The notes: generated by a model from the sequence alone, not told the origin. Shown: positions 11,123-32,464, counted from the whole stretch's first letter. The stretch is DNA of 51,332 bases, filler included, from Catajapyx aquilonaris (GCA_000934665.2; 3 parts of 3 records of this genome joined end to end with filler, not necessarily neighbours in it); one strand, 5' to 3'. A program made the numbers and translations.

Positions 11123-11684
11123 CAGGGTGTTTATTGTAACTCTGCAAAGACTTTCAGGGGTAATAGAGGGGACCAAGACAAGTATTTTTGACATAGGAAC
11201 CCGTGTCCGGAAACGCCAACTAGAGGGGGTTCATAGACAAGGAACGGGTGCGCTCAGACGCTTCGTGCGGGAGGCGCTAGGCGAGCGGACTGTTTTGTTG
11301 ATAGATGGTGCTCGGATAGTAAACATCGATGCGATGTGCCATAACCTGGCAACAGCAGAGCCATCTAGCAACTGAAGTCCTCCTCCTAGGAGACGCGCGG
11401 ATAGTCAACAGCGGTTCTGTTGTTGCCAGGTTATGGCGTATCGCGTTGTTGTTTACTTACAACGACGCGATACGCCATAACCTGGCAACAACTGTGGGCC
11501 ATCTATCAACAAAACAGTCTGCTCGCCTAGCGCCTCCCGCGTGACGCGTCAGAGCGCACCCATTCCTTGTCTATGAACCCCCTCTAGATGGCGTTTCCGG
11601 ACACGGGTTCCTATGTCAAAAATATTTGTCTTGGTCCCCTCTATTACCCCTGAAAGTCTTTGCAGAGTTACAATAAACACCCTG
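11123..11684. mobile_element. Tc1/mariner-type MITE (TA|CAGGGTG ends) with about 185-bp TIRs
   Basis: TA|CAGGGTGTTTATTGTAACTCTGCAAAGAC...GTCTTTGCAGAGTTACAATAAACACCCTG|TA with near-identical arms; internal GCCATAACCTGGCAACA occurs three times, once inverted. Confidence 0.92.
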
Positions 11685-11814
11685 TATATGACAAATGATT
11701 CATTATGTTGTAAATTTTATGAGGCATCCTTCAAACACGACTTAATGGATAATGTCCATATTAATATAGTCATCTGGTGCATTCTTCATCTCACAAGAGT
11801 GGTTCACATAATAA

Positions 11815-12069
11815 TGGATACCCCGTGATAAGCCTCCTTGGGCCATTTAGGGGATCATCTTTTCATTCATCAACTTGAATCGTTTGCCTGCGGGGTGATG
11901 AGTTTTGATTGTGGGAGGAAACGGGAGGACCCCAAGAAAACCAATGCGAACACGAAGAGCCCATCGAAACTTGATCCACATAAGTATCCTCCATCTGATC
12001 TGGGGATCGAACTCCGGACCTCAGAGGTGGAAGGCTGTTTCTATAACCACTACGCCACCATGCCGCCCC
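11815..12069 (-). mobile_element. tRNA-derived SINE family C with V-domain-like core
   Basis: Minus strand head GGCGGCATGGTGGCGTAGTGGTTA...GAGTTCGATCCCC, then GTGTTCGCATTGGTTTTCTTGGGGTCCTCCCGTTTCCTCCCACAATCAAAA (V-SINE-like), and a CCCCT...ATCACGGGGTAT tail. Confidence 0.8.
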
Positions 12070-14044
12070 TTCCTTGCACAAGATTGCCATTGCTATTCGG
12101 ATACTGGAAACTTCACAAAGCAACTATTCCAGCTTTGTAATACTGGTGCAGGCTTTACATCATTCCCACAAGAACAAATTTGGATGTAACATTTAGTTGT
12201 TGAATACAGAATGTAATGATAATACCATACAAGCAGGATACCATTGGTCGAGGACATTATTCTGAATTTAAAAATCCTTGGAATATGTGTCAAAAAAACT
12301 GCCTGACATGCTACAGCCCCACAACATTTGAGCAGCCAATTCTTGAGTGCAGTTTTTGTCAGCAGTAATTTGTCTGAATGCAATGTCCAATAAGGACTTT
12401 TAAAATGCGCCACTACTCAAACTCAGTCCCACAGTAATAAAGCAGAATGGCCTGAAACTACCAATGACACAAATGAGAATGCTTGGCGTTATAATTATAT
12501 TTACTGCCACAAAAAAAACACAATAAATAACAGTGACTGCAACTTATTCATCTGAAGTACTAATTGTGTTACAATATTAACATATGACACAATTAGGTCA
12601 TCAAATAAACCAGTTACAAATTGCCATTACTTATGATGCTTTTATTACTTTCCATTTACACTAAATGAGATGCAAGATCATTCGAATTTGCCTTACTGGT
12701 ATTACAAAGTCCACCTGATTCATAATAGTGAGGGGAAATTAGGATAGTGATGCATTTATAGCACTCACTGTACATTGCATGTGGTCAAATCCCTGCTGGT
12801 GAAAATCGCTATTAAGAACTGTGGGCCCAATTCTGCAGGGCTGTATACTTCAGATGTATTTTCAACTAAATGCAGGGGACTTTGAGATTAAGATTCCCAT
12901 CCTTTACCTGTATCAGTCTTCTATTGTGTATCATAATTACACCCTCTATAAAGCACAGATGGTCACACATGTGGTAGGTAGTTCCTTGAGAAAAATACGA
13001 GTTAAAAGATGTAGGGGTGGCCAATGATGGCATGTACTATATCGCTCAAAAAAATCCAGACAATTTTGGATTGAAACCCAATGCAAAATTGTCTTTTGAC
13101 TGATGTAATATACTGTTAATGAATTATTGCACAACACAGCCTTTGAAGTTTATGCACCAGGAGCATCTTATCAATCAAAAAGGTAGGCACAGATTAAGAA
13201 TCAGTGGAAACATATTACTGCAGAGTGTAGCGGAATAAACAAAGGCTAGTTACAGTATTGAAAATGATACACTACAAGACGCGGTACTGGTGACAGTATC
13301 TTCACATCCAACCAAAGTTGTGGTCTTTATCAACAGTGTAACAGTACTTTTTCCCTCCCTAACATACTTCATATGCTCAACAGGAACCATCACACATGCT
13401 TTGGGACATACTGTATACATGTTACTGAAGGATACCCTATGTTGCCCAGGTAATAAAAGCTCCGAGTTGGTGACCACATGGTTGTGACCATAAATGACCT
13501 TGGGCACCAAGTCTGATGTCACCACTACTCCCATTTTCAGGTTCAATACTTGACATTTTTTTTTTTTTTTTTAATCCCAACTCACTGAATCTGTTGTCAA
13601 TTTTCACTAATTTTGGCCTCATTTTGACACAGGCAGCCCTGGAAAGCAGAGCTATTGCACCATAATTTTTGAAAATGGAAAGTGACTATTTATAACAAGC
13701 CCCAGGTTCACCCCTGACAGCACTGCCCTACCACCACTCCACCTGACCTGGTCACTAGTGCCCGCCCCCTCCCTACCTGTCTTCCATGCTCTCTCGGCTA
13801 GGGCCAACCCCAATTTGGTCCCATACCATTATTCCCAGAACCATCTGCCCCAGGGGAAACTGGCCCCTCCACTACCTCGCCTTTAGCCCAGCACGCTGCA
13901 TTATGCACCTCACCCGTCATCTCCACTTTTGCCCCAACAACATCCATCGATAGAAAAAGGATCTGTCCGAATGACCTATGGAACTGGCCACCCCCTAACC
14001 CCATTCCTTGTGCTTGTCCCAGGGGTCTCCAGATGCAGCCTGTA

Positions 14045-14418
14045 CAGGATGTTTCTTACTAGTATGGCTAACGGCCCGGCAGCGTATTCCTTGGGCCAAA
14101 ACAAGTCAAAAATGTAGGGGGGTGAAATGTCGAGGAACCAACCGTGAACAAGGCAGATGACCAGAAACATTGACCGGTGGTTGCCTAAGGAGCAGGATAT
14201 GAGCACTGATAATAATCACTTCTGTGAAAGACGTGTTATCACAAATTCCACAAGTCACACTTATCACGCTCATATCCTGCTCCCTAGGCAACCACTTGTT
14301 CCTGGTCATACCTCGTTAACGGTTGGTCCTTCTGCATTTCTCACCCCTACATTTTCAACTAGTTTTGGGCCAAGGAATACACTGACGGCCGTTGGCCATA
14401 ATAGTACGAAACACGCTG
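14045..14418. mobile_element. Diverged Tc1/mariner-type foldback MITE
   Basis: TA|CAGGATGTTTCTTACTAGTATGGCTAACGGCC vs GGCCGTTGGCCATAATAGTACGAAACACGCTG; arms continue to GTGGTTGCCTAAGGAGCAGGATATGAGC / GCTCATATCCTGCTCCCTAGGCAACCAC. Confidence 0.82.
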
Positions 14419-16964
14419 TGTATATTATTTCTATACTCCCACCAATGAACCATTCCCGTTGCCTCGACCCAAGATTTCAAAGAATGAATTATTCAGGCTA
14501 AAATGACGTTGTTCCATAACAAAGACTCTACTTCCACAATTTGCAGTTAAAATGTTGCACACAAAGCAAGCATACGTCCATGCCGAAAACCTGCATCATG
14601 ACGAAGTACAAGGAAAACAATTGCCTACTCAACAACTGTTTCACAACAATGATTAACATTCATTAACTCAACTTCCACAACTACTTCTGCCACAAATATC
14701 AGTACTTGTCAAGTTGCTGACTTTGATGCACAGGGCACTAACTTATGAGTGTCCATAAGGAGAGCAGTCTATTTTCTCAGCAATAAATTTAGCTTAAGTT
14801 ATTGTGAAAATATCACCATTTGTTATACAGACTATTTTCCTGCTGGACACTACAATAATCAGAGAGTTGATATAAAGAACTGGAAGCATTATAAGAGCAT
14901 TCTGCAGGGCACTCATTCTACCACCAATAAATCACACAAGAGGCTTCACATCTACACCCTACACAATATTTTCACTCTGTCTGCTTGTCCATGCTAGCTC
15001 CCCCAACCCAACAAATGCGCCATGGCTCTTATGCCAAAACCAACCATATGCTGTATATCAGAACTGAAACCATCATGATTGTCAACAGGAATGTGATCAA
15101 ATTACAAGTGAAATTAGAAAGCCCTCTGTAAATGTGAGTTTCACTATTCACTTGATGGCAAATGCTCATGACAGGCAAGAAATGGCAAGCAGTAGGTAGT
15201 AAATTGATTGACTTGAACGGCGCCAAAGTGACTGATGCTAAGATGCACCAGGGTAGCAGCCAAACCACAAACACATTAGCAATATTTCAAATAAAAAAGT
15301 ATAGACAACTGCTTTCAAAACAAAAACAAACCAAAAGATCAAATGTTTGAATCAGTGTCGCCCATAACTCCCATAAGAGAAAAAGTCCAAATTCAGACTT
15401 GAGGTAGGCCAGGACATTCCAATAAAGTGAGTCAAGTCAGTGGCAGTCTAACATGACAGCCTGAATGCTCCCTCCATCTAAGCCTCTCCAGTGTTTCTGC
15501 TACAAAATTTGCGATGATTTGACGTAAGAAAATCAACAACATAGCAACATCCTATCTGAGTTTCAATTTCGACTTGGTTTGAACAAGCATTGTGACTCAT
15601 CAATTGCCACTTTGGCTGCCAAACTGACTGGTGCCACCAGGTCAGCCCTAGCAAGGCATTAGGATTTAAACTCATGTACAATGTAACTTCTTCTGCCATA
15701 CTGATTTTCCTATCTTCCATGACCAAAACAATGCAGACCATAAAACTGTACTCTAGTAGGGATGGACAATAAGAAAAAATTGTCTGTGGGACTACACACA
15801 AAGTTGTCTGTTGTGAATTCTAACCACAGGTAATTAGTGGATGACTTTTTATTGAAGTTTGTACTTTCATTGTTACTGCAATCAATATGCATGCTATACA
15901 TTTTTTTAAAACAGATTGTAAATTCTAATTCTACAATTATTCCACTTTCACCTGATTAGCTTGTGTGACAGGGGTTATGGTGTCAAGTTAGACTGCCGCC
16001 GACTTTAGTAGAGCACATTTCCAGAGAGTTTTCATTCCAGTAATTCACTGGAGACACCTTCCATCCTACTTTCACAATCCTAAGTTTAGTTCTGATAAGA
16101 TGTTGGCTGAGTATGAGTTGAAGTTTTCATTGGATCACAATATTTAATTCCTCTTGCATTCAGCACTCGGCTGTTATATGGCTGTTACTTTGGCTCCTTG
16201 GATTGGAAAACCAATAAACCAAGTATATCAGGGCCACTGTCTCCAAAATCTCTAAAAATGTTAAAATAACAGCCTACACAGAATGTGTTCATTCTGTATC
16301 TTGACCCTTTGAGGGCTACCAGCCTCATATGAGTCCTGCGGGTTTTTGAACTGGGCGCGCTCGAGTTCAGACAGAAATGGGACAGTTTGAGGCTCAAACT
16401 GCTCATACCACCTCATGGAAGGGGGCTCAACTACCATGGCGTATGCTAATAAGTTTTTCCACCTCCCAGCGTGAGCTAAACATACCCCCTCCCGCGGCGT
16501 CAGAACAGGGTGTCCCGTAAGTCTGGACTCTTAGAAATTTCTCATAGTACAGTGTCTCAGTATTATTATGCAACCATAGTAACAATTTTAGAATGACTTT
16601 AAAATTAATTTAATTACATTTAACTCTTCATCTACCGCCATAAGGAATTTTTCATGGGTGGGGTTTAATTATATTTACATCCCTCGCCTTGTCATCGGCC
16701 ACATCTGGGCGAGTCAGCAGTCTAAATTTCCTCACCACCAAGGTCACCACAGCCAACCTATTAACAAGAGCTAGCTATTGACAATGGGGAACTAGCCTTG
16801 GTCTGGGATTTGGGATATTTGTTCATAACTAGCTAGCCCATGCCTTAAACATACATTCCATCACTCTGTTGCATCAAAATGACATTACTGGATAAATTAC
16901 GGCACATTTAAAAGTGCCTTCAAAATTGGCGGGAAAAACGCCGCTGCCAATCGAAAGGGTACAC

Positions 16965-17064
16965 NNNNNNNNNNNNNNNNNNNNNNNNNNNNNNNNNNNN
17001 NNNNNNNNTTAATTAATTAANNNNNNNNNNNNNNNNNNNNNNNNNNNNNNNNNNNNNNNNNNNN
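16965..17064. other. Artificial assembly gap linker (44N + TTAATTAATTAA + 44N)
   Basis: Exactly 100 nt, six-frame stop cassette; identical structure at 33971-34070. Confidence 0.95.
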
Positions 17065-20000
17065 GGGGTTGAACCCCACCCCCCCCCACCCCTGCGTACG
17101 GCCTTGCCTAAGAGTGTGAAAAAGGCACATGCCACATGATTTTTCGGAGGTTTTTTTGTGTTTAGATTTCACAAGTAGCCTATCAGAAGGTTCTTCTCTG
17201 AATGCTTATTTCTGTTGAGAGTGTACCGGTATATTTTGTGGAAACCGGTGTTTATGACTATGTTTTGCGATAGAGAAATTATTCTGTAACCAGAAAATAT
17301 CCTGCTATTCTTTCTCGCGCTACGCCGTATATAGATTTCCTCTGGACAAACTATTCACCTCTCTCAGACCCAGCCAATTCCATTAAATCTGCTCACCTGT
17401 TGGCCCATCCCATTGGCCCTGGAAGCCCACCTGAGCCATACCTTTCGCCCCCACAAAAAATTCCAACAAACTCTGAAGCCCCCCCATAGGTCGCGTCCTC
17501 CTCAGCATGCTTTTGTGTGGTCTTCTTCCGAGCCAGAGAATGCCGGAGTGTTGGGAGGCGGTGAGAGATAAGAGTCTGAAGAAGGCCGTGTTTTGGGGGT
17601 ATGGACCACCCCTAAATCAACCCCCTCCAGAAAAATGCAGGGGAAAAAGGTTGCTGGGGATGTGCAGAGAGGACTCGGGGCCTAAAAGCCTCCTTTTCCC
17701 CCTTGCATGCTGCTAGGCCACCAAATCTATCAGCGAGCAATTAGGGAGCAGCCCCGTTCGCAGCTTTCGGAGATTTTAAAAACCAAGCCCTGTCCCTCAT
17801 GGGGGCACTCACTCTCCTCTAATTGCTCATTTGGCTCTCCCCAAATCCTGGAACAAATGCAAGAATTTTGCACGCCAATATTCAACAATGCAAAAGTTGA
17901 ACTGCAATTGGCTACATGGGACATTTCGCAAACACGTCGAGTCAGAGATGCTGAGTGGGTCTTATGAAGAAATGGAATAAACTGTGGTGTTGATTAGCAG
18001 AATTTGTAAGCCATAAAGCAGGGAAGGGAGGGAAAAATGGGATGGTGAGGAGTGAGGGTGTGGTACAGAGTTATTTTCGGGCCGCGTTTTATGGAGCAAG
18101 AGTTTTAAGCGATAGTCGCCTGCGGCTATGGAAGTGGTTGAGTAGATGGGGGCCTGGGTTGAGGGAGGGAGGGGGGGGGGAAGGAGGGATGATGGAAAAA
18201 GGGGGGGAAGGCCCCATCGCCTTCTGTCAGGAAAGCCATTTGGAGAATCTACGGGATGAAAATAACTTGGCTGCTCATTTGTCCCGCTTCAACCTGCCCT
18301 TTGGGACCCAAATCCCGCCGAAAAACTCGGCGCAATTGAAATTTCCCAGCAGCCACCGGATGGGGAGTTCAACGGAACGGAAACCCCGTTCAGGATATAC
18401 CAGCAGGTTGCGCCATTACCAAGTCTCTCTTATGTATTCGTCAGAGGACCGGACACAAAAAAATGAAGGGGGCGGTGCTGATGAGAGTGTCCGGAGAAGA
18501 AGTAATAAGTACATTCTCCCTTGGCCCTCGTGCTTTTGTTTATAAGGTGATGATGGGTCACAGCCTCGGCCTCTGTCAATGGAGTCCAAAAGCAGCCTAT
18601 TAGGCAGTCCCTCGTGCTGCCTCATTTATCACTCCGCCACTTGGATCGTCCTTCCACACCTTGTCTTCTAACCAGCACATAGTACAGGGTGCAACGTTAT
18701 TTATTTACTTACGTTTAATTTGTGCATTACCTATACACGACATGAAATTTTTCTAAAATTAATCTGCGTTTGACGTCACTCGATTACTTAGTAATAAGCG
18801 ATTGATTCTGTTACTTGGTGCCAAATACGGTGGGTATGGGATAGATGGAGGCAGGGTGGTTAGGAGGGCATATTAAAGGATGGCAGGGACCCCCCAGACA
18901 GGGGCTATCGGGGGGGCTGTAAACTGTGACGGAGGAGGGATTGTAGGAAGAGTCTGCGCTGCTTCAAAGTCATGTTGGAGCAGATTCTGTTCAGAGGAAG
19001 AGGAGGGGAAAGGAGGAGGCAGCAGCAGCAGCAGTGTAGAGAAAGGGATGATTCTGCTTGGTTTGGAGGCGCGCGCGTCATCCTCTTTTGCTTGGATGGG
19101 GAGGGGTGGTGAGGCCATCAAGCCCAAGCCATCCTCATTTCGTGGATGCAGCCTTTCTCTCAGCTCCTATAAGTGGCTATAGTAAACCAGAAAAGTCCCA
19201 GAATTCTGAAAACTCCACAAACTCGTTTTTCAAGGGAAGGGTAGTCATTTGTAAAGGAGGACAGGGGAAGAGTAAACATCCAGAGTGGAGCAAGATGACG
19301 AGATGAAGGTGACCATGTAGTAGGGCAGCACGTGGAAGGTGCGGAATGCATACCTCACAGTGCGATGAGTATTTTTGGGGCAGTAAGTCTGCGTCCGGAG
19401 GCGGCCAATGAGAGGGCAGATGGCCAGGTGGTAAATCTTTGCTGTTGGGGCTCATGTTTGCTTGTTCGCCTGTCGGCTGGCCATCCATCCATCGTCGGGA
19501 CGCAGACCGACGCCGCCGACGCCTCCGGGAAGAGGCCGTTGCCGCCCTTCCTCTGACGAAACCCATCCTCAACCTCTTGGCAAGATTTTCTTTCTTTCTG
19601 CTGGATCCACATTGAGACCAAAGAGCATTATCTCCCCAGTGCATGATCAGAACAAGGTCCGCCTTTATCTGGCGGAGAGGAAGCGTTAAAATGTCTCGGA
19701 AGGCGGAAGGAAGGAAGGAAGGAAGCCTGCTCAGTATATGCTCCATGGTGGCGACAGACACGCTTCTTGCAAGCCAGCAGGTGCTGCATGGAGTCGAGGG
19801 AGGAAAGGGGATTGGAAGCTGGGCCGCAACAGAGCCATTCGTGTCTTCCAGAAAGAAGCAAATAAACTGTTGCTCCCTGCTGCTGCTCACTGTGATAGCT
19901 TGGTGCACATGGATACAAGCAGGGGCAATAAATCTGTTTTGTCCTCATCCCGAAGCAGAAATAAATCTGGCAGCCACAATAATACACCTAGCATTGTTAA

Positions 20001-21460
20001 GAATATGATTTAGCAGAAATTTCATTTTAATTACTCGCCTCTTTAGTCCTGGTGTGCATGCGCCACCTCCGTTCCGGGCTTTTCATTAAGAATGATGCCC
20101 ACAGCGAATGTTTACTATTAAATTAGAAGAGACCCGTGTATGATGCCTTCAGCACGAGATGAGATGTGAAAAGAGCCCCTTCAAAGGGTGTGTTGGGGGT
20201 CGCGGGTCGCAGCAAAACTCTTAACTCCTTACTAATCTCTGGCTAGAAATGACAGCTAATGATAAGGGAAGGCTAATTAGGCGGACCCTTTTCCTTTCCC
20301 ATTTATCATCTCGCACGTATATCTCTCGCAAGTCACGTGTGGTGAAACTGCTGCTCTATAACCATCCTCCTGTGTTTTTGTGAGTGCATGTGTGTGATGT
20401 TCGCCTAAAGCGCACTTCTCAGTTCCACTTGTTAAATCACGAGAGCCTGCTTAAAAAAATTAATTGGTGTAGACTTGCAGTGGACACGAGTGAGGTTGGT
20501 TTCAGCAAAGAGGCGGAGGGGGTGGTGGGGGCGTCGGAGCAGAGCCGATCGTAGATGAATCCTATCCTTGTAGTCTTCTCAAGGCTCAAGAACCGGCTGA
20601 GGGTTGGCAAGTGCCACTCGCTGATAATTTGATCGAATGCTCACGAGACACTGGCCTTTTTCTCAAGAGGCCCCCGTGCTGCATGCCTGCCTCCAGATTA
20701 TATTCACATCACACTGAGCCACAATTATTAGCACCCTTCGCTTCTAATAAAATGGGCATGTCATGCATGTGTTTAAAAATAGTGACAGCTATTAATGCGA
20801 TCACTAATTATTATTGAAACGTCTGTGTTCCTGATATTACCTGTATTCTTATTTAACATAACAGTACAATGCATTATTTGCATTACTAATTGTAGCCATA
20901 TTCCAAATGGGTGATACTGTACAGTATTTATAGCAAAATATTGCCCAACATTTACCATGCTCTTCCTCCAGATGAGTAGTGACGTAGGGACCAGCAGGCG
21001 TATTAGCTGAAACGACGGGGCCAATTAGTAAGTGGTTGTGTAAGGACAGATGTTAGGGTCGTGGCAAACGGATCAAAAAGAGCAGAGGTGACAAAAGAGG
21101 AGGTGTAAATCAGGCTTAGAAAAAGAGGGGGAAAGGGTGGGCCTGCGACGTGTGAGGTAGACGCCTCGGCACGAATCATGACTCCTGGAAGCTCAAAGAA
21201 AACAAACAAACGTGTAAGCTTATTTACCTTACGACTTCATTATTGCTCTGGGAAAATGCTTGCCAATGGCTGCTGGATACAGTTTGCCACGGTTACAGAA
21301 ATTTATTCCCCTCCCCCTCCCCCCTCCACATCCCTTTCGCCCCACCCCATAAGTGTCACTTTGCTCAAAATATGGCTCGACGTGGGCGCCTTAGATAAAT
21401 AATCCACGCTGCTGCCTTCCCCCCTTCCCATTTTACGCACATCCCCCTTCGCAAGGAACT

Positions 21461-21466
21461 TTTATT
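21461..21466 (-). promoter_or_regulatory. Candidate FoxF polyadenylation signal AATAAA
   Basis: First TTTATT (+) I find below the stop codon, about 980 nt downstream; a second lies near 21302. Confidence 0.3.
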
Positions 21467-21657
21467 TTGCATCATAATTGCCCCATTACCTATAGTAACA
21501 TATAATAATCAGTTAAAATCCCATAATTACAATGCACCTTTAGTTATACTCTTATGGGGGTATTTAAATATGAGAAACATGTAATATGATATTCTTATGT
21601 ACATCTTGAAATCCTAGCATTATTTTACGAAATTAAATATCTAACAGTACTCCCTTA

Positions 21658-21782
21658 GGGCCGGTTTCACCGAGCTCAGTATATGATAAAACCAGGGTAT
21701 TTCTCAAAATCCCTATCTATTTGTATGGATTTTCCTAAAGAAACCTGGTTTTATCATATACCAAGCTCGGTGAAACCGGCCC
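21658..21782. mobile_element. PIF/Harbinger-type MITE, 125 bp, copy 2 (about 660 nt downstream of the FoxF stop)
   Basis: TTA TSDs (21655-21657, 21783-21785); identical in reverse complement to 9252-9376. Confidence 0.9.
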
Positions 21783-22442
21783 TTATTATGCAGGACAATG
21801 TTGGATATTTTCACTGGGACGGCACCTGGCGCAATATTATAGGAAACAAAATGAAAATATCGACTCTTTACAAAAATCGTTCATGTTAGTCTGTATACTG
21901 CATAACAATTTTTAAAACCTGTAATTTTTCAAATAGAGATGCCCAACATGTTCATATTACATGAAAGGTATACATATACACTGCAGTTTTTGACTTCAGC
22001 AAATTACATGCGTGATATGCTCTCTTCTAATCTCAGTGTGCACCTGTGCTCCAATACAATAACTGCAGGGAATCTCTCAACTGGATATAATGTTAATGTA
22101 GGTCCGTATACATCCCCGAAATAGCCTATTGGTAAGGAACTTGTTTATGTCTGGCCTATACACCTGCACTCACACAGGTTACGGACACGACTATTTACTA
22201 AAATAGGACAGTGCTGATTCGCGTTAAGGCATAATTTTTGAAGGTCACTTTACATGCATATAATGAATAAATCATCATCCGGTTACATATTGTTCGAATG
22301 CTTGACTTGGGCATTTTGTCATCTCACTGACACCGACAAGTTAGCACATGATCACTCCCGCATCATTCCATTCCAATGTAGCAATGTACCGCACCCACGG
22401 ACGGGTTTGGTTTCATACACTGTGCATGTTGTCCGACGACAT

Positions 22443-30892
<8,450 letters not shown>

Positions 30893-31235
30893 TCAGTCCG
30901 CGAGCACCGATTCCTTGACCAAGCACGTGCTTCGGCCCACCCTCACTGCTACTCGAGACTCCCAGGATGACTTTTCACTCTCCTTCTTTACTTTTTTTCC
31001 CCCTTCTCCGACTTCTTCTTCCCCCAGGCGGGCAACATGGCCTCCAAAGGGGATGGGGGATGCGCCACACACATGCGCGCACTTCGGATGCTGCTCCGCC
31101 TCCTACACATGCTGTCCACCTCCTCAACCTCTTGATTATTATTTTACTTATTTTTTTTCCTTCTCTGGCGATGCAACCTTAGCTGCCTTTTGCTGCCGGT
31201 TTTGCTTTATTCAACGGCATTTTGGTTGACATTGC

Positions 31236-31241
31236 GACTAA
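31236..31241 (-). promoter_or_regulatory. Possible Inr-like element (TTAGTC) for the FoxF transcription start
   Basis: Arthropod Inr-like hexamer about 370 nt upstream of the ATG, at the switch from GC/purine-rich leader to AT-rich sequence; no clear TATA or DPE. Confidence 0.2.
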
Positions 31242-32332
31242 TCTGGTAGGTGTCGCCTACTGATAAGAGATGTTTAAAAAAAAAGTACGCTAGTACATCA
31301 TAGTTATTGCAATTGTACATTTTGTATGAGCCTGAATAATTAGCGGATATGTGTACCTGGGCATACCTCTGGATAAAGACAGCATGAACGTGACGATATG
31401 CAGAGAAGTCTATAATTTTATGACGGATGTCATTTAGAAAGATTTGGTATGCGATAGTGAAATCTTGAAAATGTATATTTTCTGCCATTAGAAAATTCCA
31501 GTGTGATACAATCGGGCACTATTCAACAATAGGCGTCAAAACGTTATTATGCGGAAGTCATTCGAATCGATTCAAATTCTACAGACGATGAATTTGACAA
31601 CTGTGATGCTCATAAACCGCGGTAAAAGAGTTCAAGTGCACTGTGCACGTTTTCTTTCCGGAAATACCTATAGCCTATGGATTATTAATTTATTATCATC
31701 AGTTGATTCAGTGCATATTATGGTGGAACACTATCCGTAATAACTGCCATAAAGCAATAAAGAGCCATAGAATTTAGAACTCACTCCAGCAGATGTAACG
31801 ATTCACTATAGAGAAGAAATTGATTAATGTTGCATTATCTCAATTGTTACTTTGTGATGCCAGTGATGAATGTATGGCCCAATAGAGTTCAGGACGTGGA
31901 GAGGGGGCATGATTGGAAATTAGGTTGGAATGAGTTGTGGGTGTAGTCTAATGTATCGGGCGTATGCGGGAGTCAGCAGAGAATCATCCATCAAGAGCTT
32001 CTGGGAGGCGCCAGCAAGAGACACAGACCGCCCCTTTTGCCCCGCTCAGTTTGCCTTGGAACCCTTCCTGCTGCGGCATTCCGCACCCTCATTCATACAC
32101 GCCTTATCTTATATCCATATACTATATCCATATACTATATGCATTGGGCACTATTCATTCGGTACGACTTATTTTCTGCGAAACAGCTGGACCCCTTCCC
32201 GGTGACTTGATATTGGTACAGTATATAGGATGAGAGTGGCAACGAGAGAACATCTTCTGACGACTGACATTCTAATATGCCATTGTCACAGGCTCTCCTT
32301 TATTTTAAGGTTCATAAGCTGAAGTTATATAC

Positions 32333-32464
32333 TTCTTCTGCAACAATGAAGAAGTGAAACAGGCCGTCCACCACTGGTTTCCCAGCCATCCTAAGGAGCC
32401 CTTTTTCTGCAGTGGAATGGATAAACTAGTGTCCAGGTGGGACAAGTGCATCAATGTGCATGGT
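32333..32464 (+). pseudogene. mariner transposase C-terminal fragment
   Basis: Translates FCNNEEVKQAVHHWFPSHPKEPFFCSGMDKLVSRWDKCINVHG, the classic mariner C-terminus (F.S.EEVK.AV..W....FF..GI.KL..RW.KC...G). It has no start codon and is absent from the ORF track. Confidence 0.85.

Noticed and set aside
13430..13515. KLRVGDHMVVTIND, reminiscent of Pif1/Helitron helicase
   Set aside because: A single short motif flanked by stops, with no other helicase motifs.
17009..17020. TTAATTAATTAA palindrome as a biological motif (also 34015-34026)
   Set aside because: Centred in exactly 44+44 Ns at both places; an assembly linker.
19177..19908. 243-aa minus ORF and overlapping ORFs at 18042-20013
   Set aside because: Low-complexity translations of GC/purine-rich DNA, open in several frames on both strands, with no domain similarity.
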